From Rhina ancylostomus (Eukaryota), in assembly GCA_030265395.1 (NCBI GenBank), contig JARFYF010000017.1:11423111-11487110 (forward strand): 64,000 bases of DNA, written 5' to 3'. Positions 61,316-64,000 of this stretch are shown in pieces. Both the position numbers and the translations under genes were made by a program. Within the stretch, counting starts at the first letter, position 1. Every line of letters starts with the position of its first letter. The notes under the pieces are model-generated. The model was given only the letters and a program-made list of their open reading frames with translations. It was not told the DNA's origin and ran no database searches.

Positions 61316-62049
61316 TGCCCTGAATATTCTCCTTTCTTTGGTTTCTCCTGTACCTTGCACTAGTTCTCCAGTCACTGCTGCTGCTGTTCGGCAAAGAGCA
61401 TATGTCCAAGACTGGTCCAGAATTACTCACCAGCCTGTCTTACGCAGGGAGGTTTAATCACATCTCGCTGCCAAAGGAAATTACCTCAAACTTCAATACG
61501 TTGAAAATGTCAGTTCAATGCCTGGGACAAGAGCATAATTATTTGTATAACTGGCCAATTAAAATTGTGACCCTCTAAACTTTGTTTAAATCTCCCCTAT
61601 ATCCGCTCTTCTTCAAAGTTAGAGTACTTGTTTTGGAACTAAGATGCTTCCAACTGGGAATTAATCTTGTTGCCTTCAATATTTTTCCCCAAAGGATACG
61701 AAAACCAAATCATGCTCTAATTGATGGCCAACCAAAGTCCAGCACAAGAAAACAAAATGGTTTGCTTTGGTTTATAATCAATTGTCCTATCCATGCAATC
61801 TAACATATTTTTCACTTTATCTATTGCTTCATAGCAATGCTCATGAAGATTCAGCAATTAATGGACTCCAATACATAAATAATATTGGGAATTGTTTACA
61901 AAGTAAATACAAAGCAAACTTTCACACCGTGATTGTATCAATACTTGGCCAAGGTCTTGCATGGAATTCTACAAGAGAAAAAAATTAAATGAAAGAATCT
62001 GGCTAAATGAGGCTGCATTGTTTAATGTATTTTGCTTGATTATTTTAAG

Positions 62050-62930
62050 ATCATGGGCAAGACCAGAACTTATCAGCCTTCTTTAATTATTCCTCCAACT
62101 GTGATGGTGAACCACTAACTTAAATAGTCCTCTCTGTGCCGTGAGGTACTTGAACTGATCAGTTAGATATAGACTTCTGGAGATTTGACTAAGTGGAAAC
62201 GAAGGATCAGTGAATCATTTCAAGTCAGTGTGGTATATGACTTAAGAGTTATCATTGTTCCTATGTGCTAGCTGCCTTGATCCATCCAAGCAGTAGGTGC
62301 TCTTGCCTTGGTGTCGGTGTTGGAACATCTTTGACAAGCTGCTGTAATATATCTAGTACCTAAAATGATGGATGGGATGCCAAATTAACTTGGCTGATTT
62401 TCCAGGCTCATGTTGAACTTTGTTGTATCTGTACTCATCCAGGAAAGTACAGACAATTCCATTATACCACTGAGTTCTTCTTTGTAGATATTGGATAAAC
62501 AAGAAAATGAGTCACTTGGCAAAGAATAGCCAGTCTCTGACCACCTCCTGTTGCCTGCATTTGTTTTGTATAGCTGGTCTCGTTGGGTTTCTGCTCAATG
62601 GTATTCCCTAGGACATTGATGTCTCAGTGCTAGAAATGCAAATGTAGCTCAACTCTATTGGTTACTGCCTGTAAAGTGAGCTCAAGCCCAAATATTGTCC
62701 AGTCTTTCCTTCATGCAGGCATTAACTCAGTCATTATCTGGGAAGTTGCAAATAGAACTAAACATTGTTCAATCACCTGAAGACTAAATGATTAAGCAGC
62801 AAAAGGTGGTTGGGTTTAGGGCACTATAATATGGCACTCCTACAGTGATATACTGGAAGTAGGATGATTGGCCTCCAATCACCATCATCTTTCTTTGTTC
62901 AGTGTATGATTCAAGGCAGTTGAGGGACTT
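62050..62930 (-). mobile_element. Old CR1-clade LINE (second family) with RT remnant
   Basis: ORF end MVIGGQSSYFQYITVGVPYYSALNPTTFCCLI is a decayed GVPQGSVLGP RT motif. Tail pieces of this family are also at ~35955-36030 and ~41500-41620. Confidence 0.65.
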
Positions 62931-64000
62931 TCTTTGGGTTAATGTTAGCAATACATCCTGTAGCTTCTCAATTTTGATAACAGTGAGTATAAAAAAATGA
63001 GTTTGCTTCTCTTGCTGCAATATGCAGTCAGGTAAAACTTTTTTTGAGCAAATTCTAACTCTATTAAAACTAATAAGCATGTTCTTCTTATTATAATTTA
63101 AAGTAATTTCACTTGTTTTATATAAAGGAGAAATAAGAGAGTTAGGAATGAAGGACAACAATAGATCTACTCACAGCATTCCTCCAATGCTGATGTTTTA
63201 GCATTCTAGCATAAATACCTACTTCACATCAATCTGTAAAAGGGGGGACACTTACAAAAAAACACTAACAATTTGTCATGGAACTGGAGCAGTTTGCTGC
63301 ATTATTTATTTGTATTTTTCTCCTTATGTTTAAATCTTTATCTGAAAGACCTAATGTGCACACATTATATAAAAAAACTCACACTTTCACAATCAAGTTA
63401 AGTTTTCAAATGTACTTCCTTGCAATGAAATTATTGAAATGAAAACATTATTGTTTCAACATGAATTTCAAATTTCCATTTAATTCCAAAACAAATTCTT
63501 TTGTCTCAAGTTCCTTTTGCATAACCAAAAGATATAAGCCAGGCACTCTACTTGTGAATGTTGATTTAACTAACATAAACTGTGTATATTTGGCAGTGCA
63601 ACATGATCATAGAATGGCCTTGGCCTATTATTTAGTGGTTTATTTTATTTTAAATATTCCAGCCATCTGTCCCCACAGAGTGTACATGCGAATGTTTATT
63701 AAATCAGGAACAATGAGATACAGCTTCCAATGGATTTAGTTTCAGAGTCACACATTGGGCCTTTTCTGCACTTTCAACTGCAACAGTATGTTGAATTGTT
63801 GGGTAGCAGTTGTTTAAAGTAGATCAGTGACACCGCCAGTAATATTTATTTATTTATTTTCAAAATGTATTGCAACTTTACTGGGATCTGATTCCATGGA
63901 CCACACCCAAGTAAATTTTAAAGCCAATACTAATCAGCCCTGGAATCATCTTATCCAATCTTTTTCCTGGCTTCGTATATGTAAACCCTTCCAGCAGATC

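Larger units (their letters stand above)
29725..64000 (-). other. WWOX: WWOX intron upstream of exon 7 (intron 6, partial)
   Basis: Ends at the AG acceptor (29726-29725). No exon-6-like peptide (KVEAMTLDLA...) was found, though a short exon could be missed by eye. Confidence 0.75.

Noticed and set aside
1-64000. CRISPR arrays, operons, rRNA or prokaryotic defence systems
   Set aside because: The sequence is vertebrate intron with no regularly spaced repeats or long genuine ORFs.

Overview
Eukaryotic, AT-rich intronic DNA from a cartilaginous fish, most likely a ray or other batoid, judged from HE1-type V-SINEs, HER1/CR1-type LINEs and Deu-domain SINEs. It comes from a gappy draft assembly. 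The only host coding sequence I can support is one 186-bp internal exon on the minus strand (29539-29724), matching WWOX exon 7 (SDR domain) with canonical AG/GT sites. The rest is WWOX intron 7 (1-29538) and intron 6 (29725-64000). These introns hold fragments of CR1, Rex1/Babar-like, RTE, L2 and Penelope-like retroelements, SINEs, a hAT remnant and a short Gypsy-like LTR, plus several repeat-poor blocks that look like conserved non-coding elements. The most interesting signals are: Penelope-derived fold-back hairpins, one with a minimal hammerhead-ribozyme core; an LTR pair whose target-site duplication spans ~1 kb of non-retroviral DNA and a gap; a V-SINE family with three alternative 3' tails; a structured unique element at 48.1-48.3 kb; and inverted SINE pairs around a symmetric exon. 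Repeat families were assigned by eye and their boundaries are approximate. No prokaryote-type system is present.
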